From the NCBI GenBank assembly GCA_963715895.1, contig OY970284.1:5167600-5231599 (forward strand): a DNA stretch of 64,000 nucleotides, given 5' to 3'. Source of the stretch: Thermoanaerobaculia bacterium (GTDB taxonomy: Bacteria > Acidobacteriota > Thermoanaerobaculia > Gp7-AA8). Made by a program: the position numbers and the translations under genes. This document shows, one piece after another, positions 9,141-17,938 of the stretch (its first letter is position 1; each line of letters opens with the position of its first letter). The notes under the pieces were generated by a model. It was given only the letters and a program-made list of their open reading frames with translations. It did no database searches and was not told the DNA's origin.

Positions 9141-9686
9141 ATGGTCATGCAAAAACTGTTGGTCTCCGCCGCCTTCATCCTCGTTGCGATCTCCGCGGCC
9201 GCGCAGCCGGCGCGCGATGTGTCCGATGCCAATGCCGCCGCGCGGCAACACCTGCGCGACATCGAGCCGGCGCTCACTCTGATGCGGAACGAGGCTGAGG
9301 CGCTGGGGAAGATCAACGAGATCCAGCGGGCCTTGTCGGGGCCGCCGCTGTCGTCGGTCGATCGCGCCTTCCGTCTCATCGACGACTACTCCGGCGGAAT
9401 TGGAAGGCGGGGGGTGAGCCTGCCGCATGAGCAGCAGATCATCGTCATGCACGCCCAGCGAATGATCCAGGATGCGCGGACCCTCACGCCGACCGACTAC
9501 GCCAAATTTCGCGACGACTTTCACCACCTCATCCAGCTCCCGATGGAGTTCGCCGTCGCCCGCGACCTTCAACAGCTCATGTCGCTGACGAACCTCTATA
9601 CGCAGATGACCAACCAGCTCCGCGTCATCGAGACCTCGTCGGTCAACGCCATCAACGGCGCGGCCATCGACTCGACGCGACAGTAG
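9141..9686 (+). CDS. Hypothetical secreted protein
   Basis: An N-terminal signal-like segment is present (MVMQKLLVSAAFILVAISAAAQP). No family was recognised. The gene is bracketed by hairpin elements A and B. Confidence 0.55.
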   Translation: MVMQKLLVSAAFILVAISAAAQPARDVSDANAAARQHLRDIEPALTLMRNEAEALGKINEIQRALSGPPLSSVDRAFRLIDDYSGGIGRRGVSLPHEQQIIVMHAQRMIQDARTLTPTDYAKFRDDFHHLIQLPMEFAVARDLQQLMSLTNLYTQMTNQLRVIETSSVNAINGAAIDSTRQ

Positions 9687-9687
9687 T

Positions 9688-9820
9688 TGCGCTATCGCGC
9701 GTTATCGGTTCTCGGTTGTCAGTTGTATCCGCGGGTCGGCTGCGGGTGATTGCAGTTTGATTGCACGGACGTGATGGTTCAACCGACAACCGATAACCGA
9801 TAACCGACAACGCGCGCAGC
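9688..9820. repeat. Heptamer-arm hairpin element, copy B (CGGTTRT type)
   Basis: The sequence is GCGCTATCGCGCG-TTATCGGTTCTCGGTTGTCAGTTGT ... CAACCGACAACCGATAACCGATAACCGACAA-CGCGCGCAGCGC. It lies between convergent genes. Confidence 0.85.
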
Positions 9821-9822
9821 GC

Positions 9823-10887
9823 CTAGAAACCCATCGCCGCGGCGTACAGCCCGTGAAAGTGATGCACGCCGTTCTCGCGCGGCGGGGAGTAGCGGCCGCT
9901 GTCGTAGGTCGATGAGCGGAGGCCGCGCTGGACGGCCTGGCAGATGTCGATGTCCTCGCGCTGGATCTCGTCGCTGAAGGCGATGGTCTCATCGATGCGC
10001 CGACGGACATCCGCAGCATCGGGATCCCGGAAGTGCCACTCGAAGATCGTCAACGTCCTCTCAGGCCCGAGGGGGACGATGAGGTTGGTCGAGAAGTTGT
10101 CGGGATAAACGTTCAGCATCAGGTTCGGCCAGATCCAGAAGTAGTCGATGTCATCCGACGGATCGTTGAGGCGGATGCGCTCGGGGCGCTTGAGCGGCGC
10201 GTGCTGGATCGAATAGTTAGCCCTCGTCTCGGTGCGATAGCCTGGGTAGTCGATCTCCCGGAAGAGGCCGGGATGAACGATGGGGATGTGATATCCCTCG
10301 AGATAGTTGTCGACGTAAACCTTCCAGTTGCAGTCGAGCGTCCAATCCTTGCGCGCCGCCAGGCGGTAGCCGGCGTAATCGCGCGGCGCAAGGCGCGTCA
10401 CCAGATCGCCGAGAAAATCGCCGAGCGGCGCGGCGGCGGGATCGAGGTTCACGAATACCAACTCGTTCCAGACCTCGACGCGGAAGCGCACCAGCGAGAA
10501 ATCGGCCCGATCGAAACACTCGATGCCGGCCATCTCCGGAGTCTGCAGGAGCCGGCCGTCGAGGCCGTAGGTCCAGCCGTGATAGCCGCACTGCAGCACG
10601 GGGCGTTTTCCCTCCCCTTTGGCAACAGGACCGGCGCGATGGCGGCAGACGTTCGAGAGCGCGCGCAACTCCCCATCCGCACCGCGGACGACGAGGACCG
10701 GTTCGTCCGCGATCGTGGTGGTGAAGAACTGCCCGGCGTCGCGCACCTGACCGGCGCGGCCGGCGAGTTGCCAGGTGCGGGCGAAGATGTTGCGGTTTTC
10801 GGCAGCCAGCACGGCTGGATCGACGTAGTAGTGCGACGGGATCGTGCGCGCAAAGGCGAGGCGGGGATCGAATCGGTAGCCGGTCAT
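9823..10887 (-). CDS. Rieske [2Fe-2S] aromatic-ring-hydroxylating oxygenase alpha-subunit-like protein
   Basis: The Rieske motif CRHRAGPVAKGEGKRPVLQCGYHGWTY (CxH...CxxH) is present, followed by a catalytic domain with YLEGYH. Confidence 0.85.
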   Translation of the reverse strand: MTGYRFDPRLAFARTIPSHYYVDPAVLAAENRNIFARTWQLAGRAGQVRDAGQFFTTTIADEPVLVVRGADGELRALSNVCRHRAGPVAKGEGKRPVLQCGYHGWTYGLDGRLLQTPEMAGIECFDRADFSLVRFRVEVWNELVFVNLDPAAAPLGDFLGDLVTRLAPRDYAGYRLAARKDWTLDCNWKVYVDNYLEGYHIPIVHPGLFREIDYPGYRTETRANYSIQHAPLKRPERIRLNDPSDDIDYFWIWPNLMLNVYPDNFSTNLIVPLGPERTLTIFEWHFRDPDAADVRRRIDETIAFSDEIQREDIDICQAVQRGLRSSTYDSGRYSPPRENGVHHFHGLYAAAMGF

Positions 10888-12182
10888 TTGCGTCGGACAA
10901 GAAGGTACAGCGGAATGGACAGAACGAGCACGCCGACGGCAAAGAGCGAGTTGTGCATGTCGCTCAGGATCGCCCCGATCAGGAAGGCGACGGAGGCCAG
11001 GAAGGCCAGCCCGGTGGTGAAGGGATGGCCGATGGCGCGGAACGGACGCGGCGCGTCGGGCACGCTGCGGCGCATGGCGAAGAGCGAGGCGAAGGAGAGG
11101 GCGTAGTTTGCCACGAAGAAGAACGCCAGGATGGCGATGACCTGCTCGAACCTGCCGGAGATGACGAAGACGGCGGCCAGGAGACTGCTGAAGAGCAACG
11201 CGATGTCCGGCGTCCCCCCTTTATTCACCTCGGCGGCGCCACGCCAGAAGAGGCGGTCGCGGCTCATGGCGAAAAGGACGCGCGGCGCCATCAGGACGTT
11301 CGAGTTCGCCGCGCTGAGCAGCGAGATGATCATGATCACGCGCAGGATCGGATCGCCGTAGGGACCGAAGAGATGGTGCGCCACCACCCCGGCCGCCATC
11401 TTCTGCCCGGCGATGCTGCCGAGCGGCACGACGCGCAGGAAGGCCACATTCACCAGGAGGTAGATGGCCATCACCGCAAACACGCCGCCGAACATCGCCC
11501 GCGGGATGTTGCGTCCCGAGTCCTTCACCTCTTCCGAGAAGTAGATGACCGCGGTCCAGCCGTCGTAGGTATAGATGACCGACTGCAGCGCGAGGATGAA
11601 GGCGATGACGAGCGAGCCTTCATGCACGGCGACGATCGATTCCGTCGTCGGATGGCGCGCGCCGAGGTAGAAACAGGCGGCGATGAGGAAGAGGAAGGCC
11701 AGCGCTTTCAGGAGACTGGTCGCGTCCTGCGTCCAGCCACCCCACCGCACGCCGAACCATTGGATGACCGTGAAGATGGCGATGACCGCCAGCGCGATCG
11801 GCTCGATGCCGCGCAGCGCGGGAAACAGCACCAGCATGTATTCGCCGACGACGATGGAGACCGCGGCCGTGGTGCCGCAGGTCGAGATCCAGTCACTCCA
11901 TCCGACCACCAGCCCGGCGTAGTCGCCCAGAGCGCGGCGGACGAAGACATACTGCCCTCCCGATTCAGGGACGAGCGTGCCCAGCTCCGCAAGGGCATTC
12001 GCGCCGAGGAGCGCGTACAGGCCACCGATGATCCAGACGGCCAGGAACGGCCAGAAGGTGGGGAGCTGTGCCGCGATGTCTCCGGGCGTCCGGAGAATCC
12101 CCGCGCCGATCATGTTCCCGACCGTCACGGCAAGGCCGAACGTCACGCCGAGGACGGTGAGGAGTTTCGCGCGAGGTGGCAA
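10884..12182 (-). CDS. APC superfamily amino-acid permease
   Basis: The protein is a 432-aa polytopic membrane protein. The N-terminus LTVLGVTFGLAVTVGNMIGAGILRTPGDIA is typical of amino-acid permeases. It overlaps the Rieske gene by 4 nt, indicating an operon. Confidence 0.85.
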   Translation of the reverse strand: MPPRAKLLTVLGVTFGLAVTVGNMIGAGILRTPGDIAAQLPTFWPFLAVWIIGGLYALLGANALAELGTLVPESGGQYVFVRRALGDYAGLVVGWSDWISTCGTTAAVSIVVGEYMLVLFPALRGIEPIALAVIAIFTVIQWFGVRWGGWTQDATSLLKALAFLFLIAACFYLGARHPTTESIVAVHEGSLVIAFILALQSVIYTYDGWTAVIYFSEEVKDSGRNIPRAMFGGVFAVMAIYLLVNVAFLRVVPLGSIAGQKMAAGVVAHHLFGPYGDPILRVIMIISLLSAANSNVLMAPRVLFAMSRDRLFWRGAAEVNKGGTPDIALLFSSLLAAVFVISGRFEQVIAILAFFFVANYALSFASLFAMRRSVPDAPRPFRAIGHPFTTGLAFLASVAFLIGAILSDMHNSLFAVGVLVLSIPLYLLVRRK

Positions 12183-12205
12183 GCGGGCGTAAGTGTAGCG
12201 CTGGC

Positions 12206-12323
12206 GGCTTCGCGCGTTGTCGGTTGTCGGTGTGGGGTTGTCGGTTGTCGGTTGTCAGTTGTTATCTGACCACCGATAACCGATAACCCGCACCCCACAC
12301 CGACAGCCAACAACAGCGAAGCC
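12206..12323. repeat. Heptamer-arm hairpin element, copy C (nested)
   Basis: The outer stem pairs GGCTTCGC with GCGAAGCC. The left arm is GTTGTCGGTTGTCGGTGTGGGGTTGTCGGTTGTCGGTTGTCAGTTGTTATC. The right arm is ACCGATAACCGATAACCCGCACCCCACACCGACAGCCAACAAC. Confidence 0.85.
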
Positions 12324-12333
12324 TCCGGAAACC

Positions 12334-13254
12334 CTACTCCCCTTCCTTCACCGACACCGGGCCGTTGTGCGTCGAGAGCGAGACGGTGCGGGCGCCGGAG
12401 CCGAAGTCGAGCTGCCGCGGCCAGCGGGGACCGAGGTCATCGTCGCTGCTGCTCTCGGCGTACGCCTTCTTCGCGGCGCGGCAGGAGGCGCCGCGGCAGC
12501 TCACAGGCGAGTTGCCGTCCGTCTCGACATGCACGCCCGACGCGTAGCTGGCCGGGACCTTGAGCGAGAGCGGGCCATTCTCCGTCGATGCGTCGAGGCT
12601 GCCGGTGGTCCATCCCGATCCGTCCAACTTCACCGAGATCGGGCCGTTGTTCGCGCGCAGCTTCACGTTGCCAGAGTTCCCTACGAACGAGATCGGGCCG
12701 TTCTCCGTGTGAATGTCGAGCGTCCCCGACGATGCCTTGACGGCGATCGGACCGTTCAGCGCATGCGCGGTCACGGAACCGTCGACGCCGTCGACCGAGA
12801 TGGGGCCATTGGTGGCGTCGAGGTCGATCTGGGCGTTGCGGGGGGCGAAGACGAGGAAGTAGATGATGGAGCGCGCGTCGTTGTCGATGTGGCCGGCGCT
12901 CACTTCGTTGCCGGTGACGTTGACGCGGAGATCGTTCACGTTTCCGAGCGCCGAGGCCTTGCAGGCCTTGACGCCGTAGGTCGATGAGGTCGTGCCGATG
13001 ACGCGGATCGATCCGTTCCGGTCGCTGCGCACCTTCAACGAGCGCAAGCTGCTTACCGGCACGTTCTCCTCGACCACCGGAACGTTGCGGTCGTTGTAGG
13101 TGACGTGAATCGCGCTGCAGTCGCGCACGTCCTGCCAGTCATCGGTCGACACCGAGAGACCGTGGCCCGAGTACTCGTTGCTATACGAATGAGATCCGGC
13201 GGCAAGGGGCAATGTGAGGGCGATGAGGGCAGGCAGAAGGGCGAATCGTCGCAT
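12334..13254 (-). CDS. Secreted beta-repeat protein, DUF4097/putative-adhesin-like
   Basis: The signal peptide MRRFALLPALIALTLPLAAG is present. NGPISV/NGPISF/NGPIAV repeats recur about every 20 aa. Confidence 0.6.
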   Translation of the reverse strand: MRRFALLPALIALTLPLAAGSHSYSNEYSGHGLSVSTDDWQDVRDCSAIHVTYNDRNVPVVEENVPVSSLRSLKVRSDRNGSIRVIGTTSSTYGVKACKASALGNVNDLRVNVTGNEVSAGHIDNDARSIIYFLVFAPRNAQIDLDATNGPISVDGVDGSVTAHALNGPIAVKASSGTLDIHTENGPISFVGNSGNVKLRANNGPISVKLDGSGWTTGSLDASTENGPLSLKVPASYASGVHVETDGNSPVSCRGASCRAAKKAYAESSSDDDLGPRWPRQLDFGSGARTVSLSTHNGPVSVKEGE

Positions 13255-13399
13255 GGTGGTTCCTCCGTTCGATCGTTGGACGCCGGGACATCGGGGAAGT
13301 TAGCAGGGGCTGATACGATTGCCGTCTTCCGGAGTTGCTGCCGACAGCAAGAAACTCACATCAGAGTCCGCGGCAGCCTGATCGCCTAGAATCCCCGCT

Positions 13400-14371
13400 G
13401 TGTCCGGCTTTCTCAAACGCGCCGTGCGGCGCCTTCCGTGGCTGAGCGGTCTTCACCGTTACATCGTCGCCCTCGAGGCGGAGGGCGACCAGTTGCGGGC
13501 GGATCTGGCGCACTGGAAGACGTGGATGTCGCCGGGGCACTTCTATTCGCCGATCCCGTCGATGGACGAGATCCGTGCGAGGGAGGGGGAGCTGTTCGGG
13601 ACGCCTCCGCCGTCGCTGCCGGGGATCGATCTACGCGCCGAGGGGCAGGTCGCGCTGGTCAGAGAGCTGGCGGCCTTCTATCCCGAGATGCCCTTTCCTC
13701 GGGAGCAATCGCCGGAGACGCGCTACTGGTTCGAGAACTGGGCCTACTCCTACGCCGACGCCGTCTATCTCTACTCGATGCTGCGCAGGCTCCTGCCGCG
13801 GCGCGTCATCGAAGTCGGCTCCGGATTTTCATCGGCGGCGATGCTCGACACCGCCGACCGCTGGTTGCCGGAGACGTCATTCACCTTCATCGATCCCGAT
13901 ACATCGACGCTCGATGCGCTGTTGCGTCCGCCCGATCGTGAACGCGTCACGGTCATCCGCTCCCGTCTGCAGGAAGTGCCGCTCCAGACATTCGACGCGT
14001 TGGCGGCGAACGACGTCCTCTTCATCGACTCGACGCACGTTTCGAAGACCGGCAGCGACGTGAACCGCATCGTCTTCGAGATCCTCCCCCGCCTCGCCGC
14101 GGGGGTGCTCGTCCACTTCCACGACGTCTTCTATCCGTTCGAGTATCCGAAGGAGTGGGTCTACGAAGGCCGCGCCTGGAATGAGGACTACATCCTCCGG
14201 GCCTTCCTCGAGTACAACGATTCCTTCGAGATCATCCTCTTCGGCACCTGGCTGGCGCGATTCCATCGCGATCTCCTCAAGGAGCTGATGCCGCTGACCC
14301 TGGAGAATCCGGGCGGAAGTCTGTGGCTGAGGAAAACTGCCGCTGGCGCGGCGTTGTCGGTTGTCGGTTGA
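13400..14371 (+). CDS. Class I SAM-dependent methyltransferase-like protein
   Basis: A SAM-binding-like motif is present (VIEVGSGFSSAAMLD), with DVLFIDSTH downstream. The start is GTG. The last codons (ALSVVG*) read into hairpin element D, so the C-terminus is uncertain. Confidence 0.6.
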   Translation: MSGFLKRAVRRLPWLSGLHRYIVALEAEGDQLRADLAHWKTWMSPGHFYSPIPSMDEIRAREGELFGTPPPSLPGIDLRAEGQVALVRELAAFYPEMPFPREQSPETRYWFENWAYSYADAVYLYSMLRRLLPRRVIEVGSGFSSAAMLDTADRWLPETSFTFIDPDTSTLDALLRPPDRERVTVIRSRLQEVPLQTFDALAANDVLFIDSTHVSKTGSDVNRIVFEILPRLAAGVLVHFHDVFYPFEYPKEWVYEGRAWNEDYILRAFLEYNDSFEIILFGTWLARFHRDLLKELMPLTLENPGGSLWLRKTAAGAALSVVG

Positions 14372-14424
14372 TTGGCTGCGCGCGTTGTCACCCGACAACT
14401 GATCACCGACAACCGACAACCGGC
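14350..14424. repeat. Heptamer-arm hairpin element, copy D
   Basis: The left arm is GCGTTGTCGGTTGTCGGTTGAT and the right arm is ATCACCGACAACCGACAACCGGC. An inner mini-hairpin GTTGTC-ACCC-GACAAC is present. It lies between convergent genes. Confidence 0.85.
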
Positions 14425-16347
14425 CTACTGCGTAATCACCAACTCCACCCTCCGATTCTGCTGCCTTCCCGCGGCCGTCTTGTTCGTCGCGACCGGCGCG
14501 TCCTCTCCGCGGCCGGCGGCGGTGATGTGATCCGACGGGATTCCGGCCGAGACGAGGTAGTCGCGCACGGCGTTGGCGCGCTTCTCGGACAAGGCCTGAT
14601 TCTTCGCCGCGGTGCCGACGGTATCCGTATGCCCTTCGACGGCGATCTTGAGCGACGGGTCGGTCTGGAGCTGTTTGGCGATCTTCGTCAGCGTCGACTT
14701 CGCGCCGGCCTTGAGCGACGTCTTGCCGGTATCGAAAAGGATTCCGCCGCTGAGGGTGACGATGATTCCGCGCTGCTCGCTGCGCGTCGATGCGATCCGG
14801 GCAAGCTCGTTCTGGACCCGCAGAATCCGCGCCTCGGCATCCCGCTCGGCGAGCAACCCCTTCGTTTGGTCGAGCTGGGCCTGGGTCTGTTCCGCCGCCG
14901 CCTTCGTCTGATCGAGCTGCGCCTGGGTCTGTTGCGCTGCCGCCTGCGCCTGTTGCGCGGCAGCCTGGGCCTGCTGCGCTTGAACATTCGCCTGCTGCGC
15001 CTGTGCATTGGCCTGCTGGGCCTCGGCCTGGGCCGCCTGCGCCTGCCGCTCGGCATCCTCCGCCTTCTGTCTCAGCGCGGCCGCCTCGGCGTCGGCCTGC
15101 TGGCGGCGAGCCTGTGCCGCGGCGACCGCTTCGTGACGCTGTCTGGCGCGATCGGATCGCGCCGCGTCGTCGCTTTCGAGCGATTGCCGCAACGAGTCGA
15201 GCTCCGCCTGCCGCGCCAGGAGGTCAGCCTGCCGTTGCGAGATGACGTCGGGGCTGATCGCTCCCGACTGCTGCGCGGCGGTCAGATCGCCGCGCAGGCG
15301 CGTGATCCCGGCCTGCATGGCCTCGGCGTTGGCGCGCTCGCGATCGTGGATCGCGCGCAGCGAAAGCTCCTGATCCTCGATCTGCAGCCGGATGATCTCG
15401 ACATCCGAAGGGGATGAGGTGGCGATCGCGGTCTCATACCTGCTGTACGACTCGTCGAGCTGACGCTCCGCGGCGATGCGCGCCTGACGGTCGGCTTCGA
15501 CGCGTGCTTCCGCGGCCCGCCGATTCTCATCGATCTGCTGCCGCAGCCGTTCCACCTCGGCCGCCTGCGCCTGACGGCTGGCTTGTTCGGCGGCAAGTGC
15601 CTGCTGCAGCGCTATTGACCGGCGCTCCGACTCCTCCCGCTGCGCCCGTTCGGCGGCGGCCTGACGCTCGCTGGCCGCCTGCGCCAGACGGGTGCGATCG
15701 AGCTGGATGCCGGGGAGAGCCCGGTTCGATTGCGCGAGACGGGCGAGATAGAACGCACGCCGCCCGATCATCTCGGCGCGATATGCCAGGTGGTCTCCGA
15801 CATCGCTGTTCGTCGTACTCCGTGATACCCGTTTGGCGCTGTCGATGTATCGCTCGGCGTTCCCGAGGTCGTTGTCCGGAACCAGGTCGAGCGCACCCGC
15901 GTCTTTGGCTCGATCGACCGCCAACTGTGCCGTGGCGATGCGGTCCTTCGTGGTGGCGCCGCGGCTGAATTCGATTGTTGGCGACTCTTCGGCCAGCAAC
16001 GTGATGTTGGACGACCCACCGAAGCGCTGGATGTCGGCCTGCAGACCGTGGATCGCTGTATTCGTGCTCAGCCACCGCGCCTTCGCCCCCGCGGCCTCGG
16101 CGGCGATGGTCGCCTCGATGGCGCGCATCTGCGCCTCATTGCGCCTCGATGGCGTGTTCGAGCTCCAGTTCTCCTGGGCAAAGCGCGCCCGGTACGCCGC
16201 GTCGTCGTAAAGGCTCTTGGCGAACACCTGCGCTCCCGCCGCATCCGCCGACGCGAGCGCCTGTTGCGCCATCACCAGATCCGTCGGCTGCGCCTCTACC
16301 GACACAGCAACCAACATGGCGAGCACTGCCGTTCTCAGGATGTGCAT
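14425..16347 (-). CDS. OmpA-family protein with a long coiled-coil / Q-A-rich region
   Basis: The C-terminal OmpA domain is present (LFDTGKTSLKAGAKSTL...VEGHTDTVGTAAKNQALSEKRANAVRDYL...NRRVELVI). The N-terminal signal peptide is MHILRTAVLAMLVAVSVEA. The central region is AQAAQAEAQQANAQAQQANVQAQQAQAAAQQ. Confidence 0.85.
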   Translation of the reverse strand: MHILRTAVLAMLVAVSVEAQPTDLVMAQQALASADAAGAQVFAKSLYDDAAYRARFAQENWSSNTPSRRNEAQMRAIEATIAAEAAGAKARWLSTNTAIHGLQADIQRFGGSSNITLLAEESPTIEFSRGATTKDRIATAQLAVDRAKDAGALDLVPDNDLGNAERYIDSAKRVSRSTTNSDVGDHLAYRAEMIGRRAFYLARLAQSNRALPGIQLDRTRLAQAASERQAAAERAQREESERRSIALQQALAAEQASRQAQAAEVERLRQQIDENRRAAEARVEADRQARIAAERQLDESYSRYETAIATSSPSDVEIIRLQIEDQELSLRAIHDRERANAEAMQAGITRLRGDLTAAQQSGAISPDVISQRQADLLARQAELDSLRQSLESDDAARSDRARQRHEAVAAAQARRQQADAEAAALRQKAEDAERQAQAAQAEAQQANAQAQQANVQAQQAQAAAQQAQAAAQQTQAQLDQTKAAAEQTQAQLDQTKGLLAERDAEARILRVQNELARIASTRSEQRGIIVTLSGGILFDTGKTSLKAGAKSTLTKIAKQLQTDPSLKIAVEGHTDTVGTAAKNQALSEKRANAVRDYLVSAGIPSDHITAAGRGEDAPVATNKTAAGRQQNRRVELVITQ

Positions 16348-16404
16348 GGGTACCTCCTCGTTTGCCGGACGACCCCTGCAAGTGTGATGCGCAGCGGCGC
16401 AACC

Positions 16405-16431
16405 GGAGCGCTGGCGTCTCGCCAGCGCTCC
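16405..16431. terminator. GGCGTCTCGCC-family hairpin downstream of livF
   Basis: GGAGCGCTGGC-GTCTC-GCCAGCGCTCC has an 11-bp stem and lies 6 nt beyond the livF stop. No U-tract follows. Confidence 0.55.
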
Positions 16432-16436
16432 GTCGC

Positions 16437-17147
16437 CTACCCGCCGAGATACGCCTTCTTGATCCGGTCGCTCTTCAGCATCGCGCTCGTGTCATCGGTC
16501 AGCACGATCCGGCCCGTCTCCATGACGTAGCCGCGGTTGGCGGTGACGAGGGCCATGTGCGCGTTCTGCTCGACGAGGAGGATGGGGGTCCCCTCGGCGT
16601 TGATCTCCTTGATGACACGGAAGATCGTCTGCACCATCTGGGGCGCCAGGCCTAAGGAGGGCTCGTCGAGGAGCAGGACCTTCGGCTTCGACATCAGCGC
16701 GCGGGAGATGGCCAGCATCTGCTGCTCGCCGCCGGAAAGCGTCCCCGCGCTCTGCTTGATCCGCTCTTTCAGGACCGGGAAGAGGGTGAAGATCCTCTCG
16801 TACTCCGACGGCTGCACTTTGTCTTTACGCAGGTAGGCGCCGAGCTCGAGGTTGTCGGAAACGGTGAGGTTGGCAAAGATGCCGCGCCCCTCGGGGACGT
16901 GCGACACGCCCATCGCCGCGATGACGTGCGGCTTCGTCCCGGTGATGTTGCGGCCGTCGTAGGTGACCTCGCCGCTGCGCGGCTTGAGCAGGCCGGAGAT
17001 CGTCCGCAGCGTCGTCGTCTTGCCGGCGCCGTTCGCACCGATGAGCGTGACGATCTCCCCCTTCCTCACCTCGAGATCGATCCCGCGCAGCGCCGTGATG
17101 TTGCCGTACGACACTTCGAGTTTGCTGACGCTGAGGATCGCGCTCAT
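16437..17147 (-). CDS. livF: Branched-chain amino-acid ABC transporter ATP-binding protein
   Basis: Walker A (GANGAGKTT), ABC signature (LSGGEQQML) and Walker B (LLLDEPS) are present. It is last in a liv-type operon. Confidence 0.9.
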   Translation of the reverse strand: MSAILSVSKLEVSYGNITALRGIDLEVRKGEIVTLIGANGAGKTTTLRTISGLLKPRSGEVTYDGRNITGTKPHVIAAMGVSHVPEGRGIFANLTVSDNLELGAYLRKDKVQPSEYERIFTLFPVLKERIKQSAGTLSGGEQQMLAISRALMSKPKVLLLDEPSLGLAPQMVQTIFRVIKEINAEGTPILLVEQNAHMALVTANRGYVMETGRIVLTDDTSAMLKSDRIKKAYLGG

Positions 17148-17938
17148 ATGCCGGCCGCCTCCGCCGGTTCGCCAAGGTACGCCTCGATCACGACCGGATT
17201 CGCGCGCACCTCTGCGGGCGTGCCCTGCGCGATCGTTTTGCCGAAGTTGAGGACGATGATCCGCTCGCAGAGCTCCATCACCAGCTCCATGTTGTGCTCG
17301 ATGACCAGGATGGCGATGGCGAAGCGCTGGTGGATGTCGCGGATGGTCTGCAGCAGATCGCGCGTCTCGCGGTCGTTGAGTCCCGCGGCCGGTTCGTCGA
17401 GCAGCAGCAGCTTCGGTTTCGCCGACAACGCCCGGGCGATCTCCAGACGGCGCTGGTCGCCGTACGGGAGGTTTTTCGCGTAGTAATCGGCGCGGTCCTC
17501 CAGCCCGAAGATCTTCAGCAGCTCGATGGCGTCATGTTCCGCGGCCTCCTCGGTGTCGTGAAAGCGATTGGTCTTCAGTACTGCGGCGGCTACCGAGTAT
17601 TCGTAGTGAATGTGGCCGCCGATCTTCACGTTGTCGAGGACGGAGAGTTCTTTGAAGAGCCGGATGTTCTGGAAGGTGCGAGCCACGCCGAGTGCGGTGA
17701 TCTGGTAAGGCTTGAAGTGGTGCGTCGAGACGCCGCCGACGAATATCTCCCCCTCGGTCGGTTTGTAGACGCCAGTCAGCATGTTGAAGATCGTGGTCTT
17801 CCCTGCGCCGTTTGGGCCGATGAGGCCAACCAGCTGGCGCGGCTGAATGGTCAGGTCAAAATGCGACACCGCCGTCAACCCGCCGAAGCGGATGGTCACG
17901 TCGCGCGCGTCGAGCAGAGCGTTTCCGTTCGTCATCAT
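17144..17938 (-). CDS. livG: Branched-chain amino-acid ABC transporter ATP-binding protein
   Basis: GPNGAGKTT, LPYGDQRRLEIARAL and LLLDEPAAG are present. It overlaps livF by 4 nt. Confidence 0.9.
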   Translation of the reverse strand: MMTNGNALLDARDVTIRFGGLTAVSHFDLTIQPRQLVGLIGPNGAGKTTIFNMLTGVYKPTEGEIFVGGVSTHHFKPYQITALGVARTFQNIRLFKELSVLDNVKIGGHIHYEYSVAAAVLKTNRFHDTEEAAEHDAIELLKIFGLEDRADYYAKNLPYGDQRRLEIARALSAKPKLLLLDEPAAGLNDRETRDLLQTIRDIHQRFAIAILVIEHNMELVMELCERIIVLNFGKTIAQGTPAEVRANPVVIEAYLGEPAEAAGI

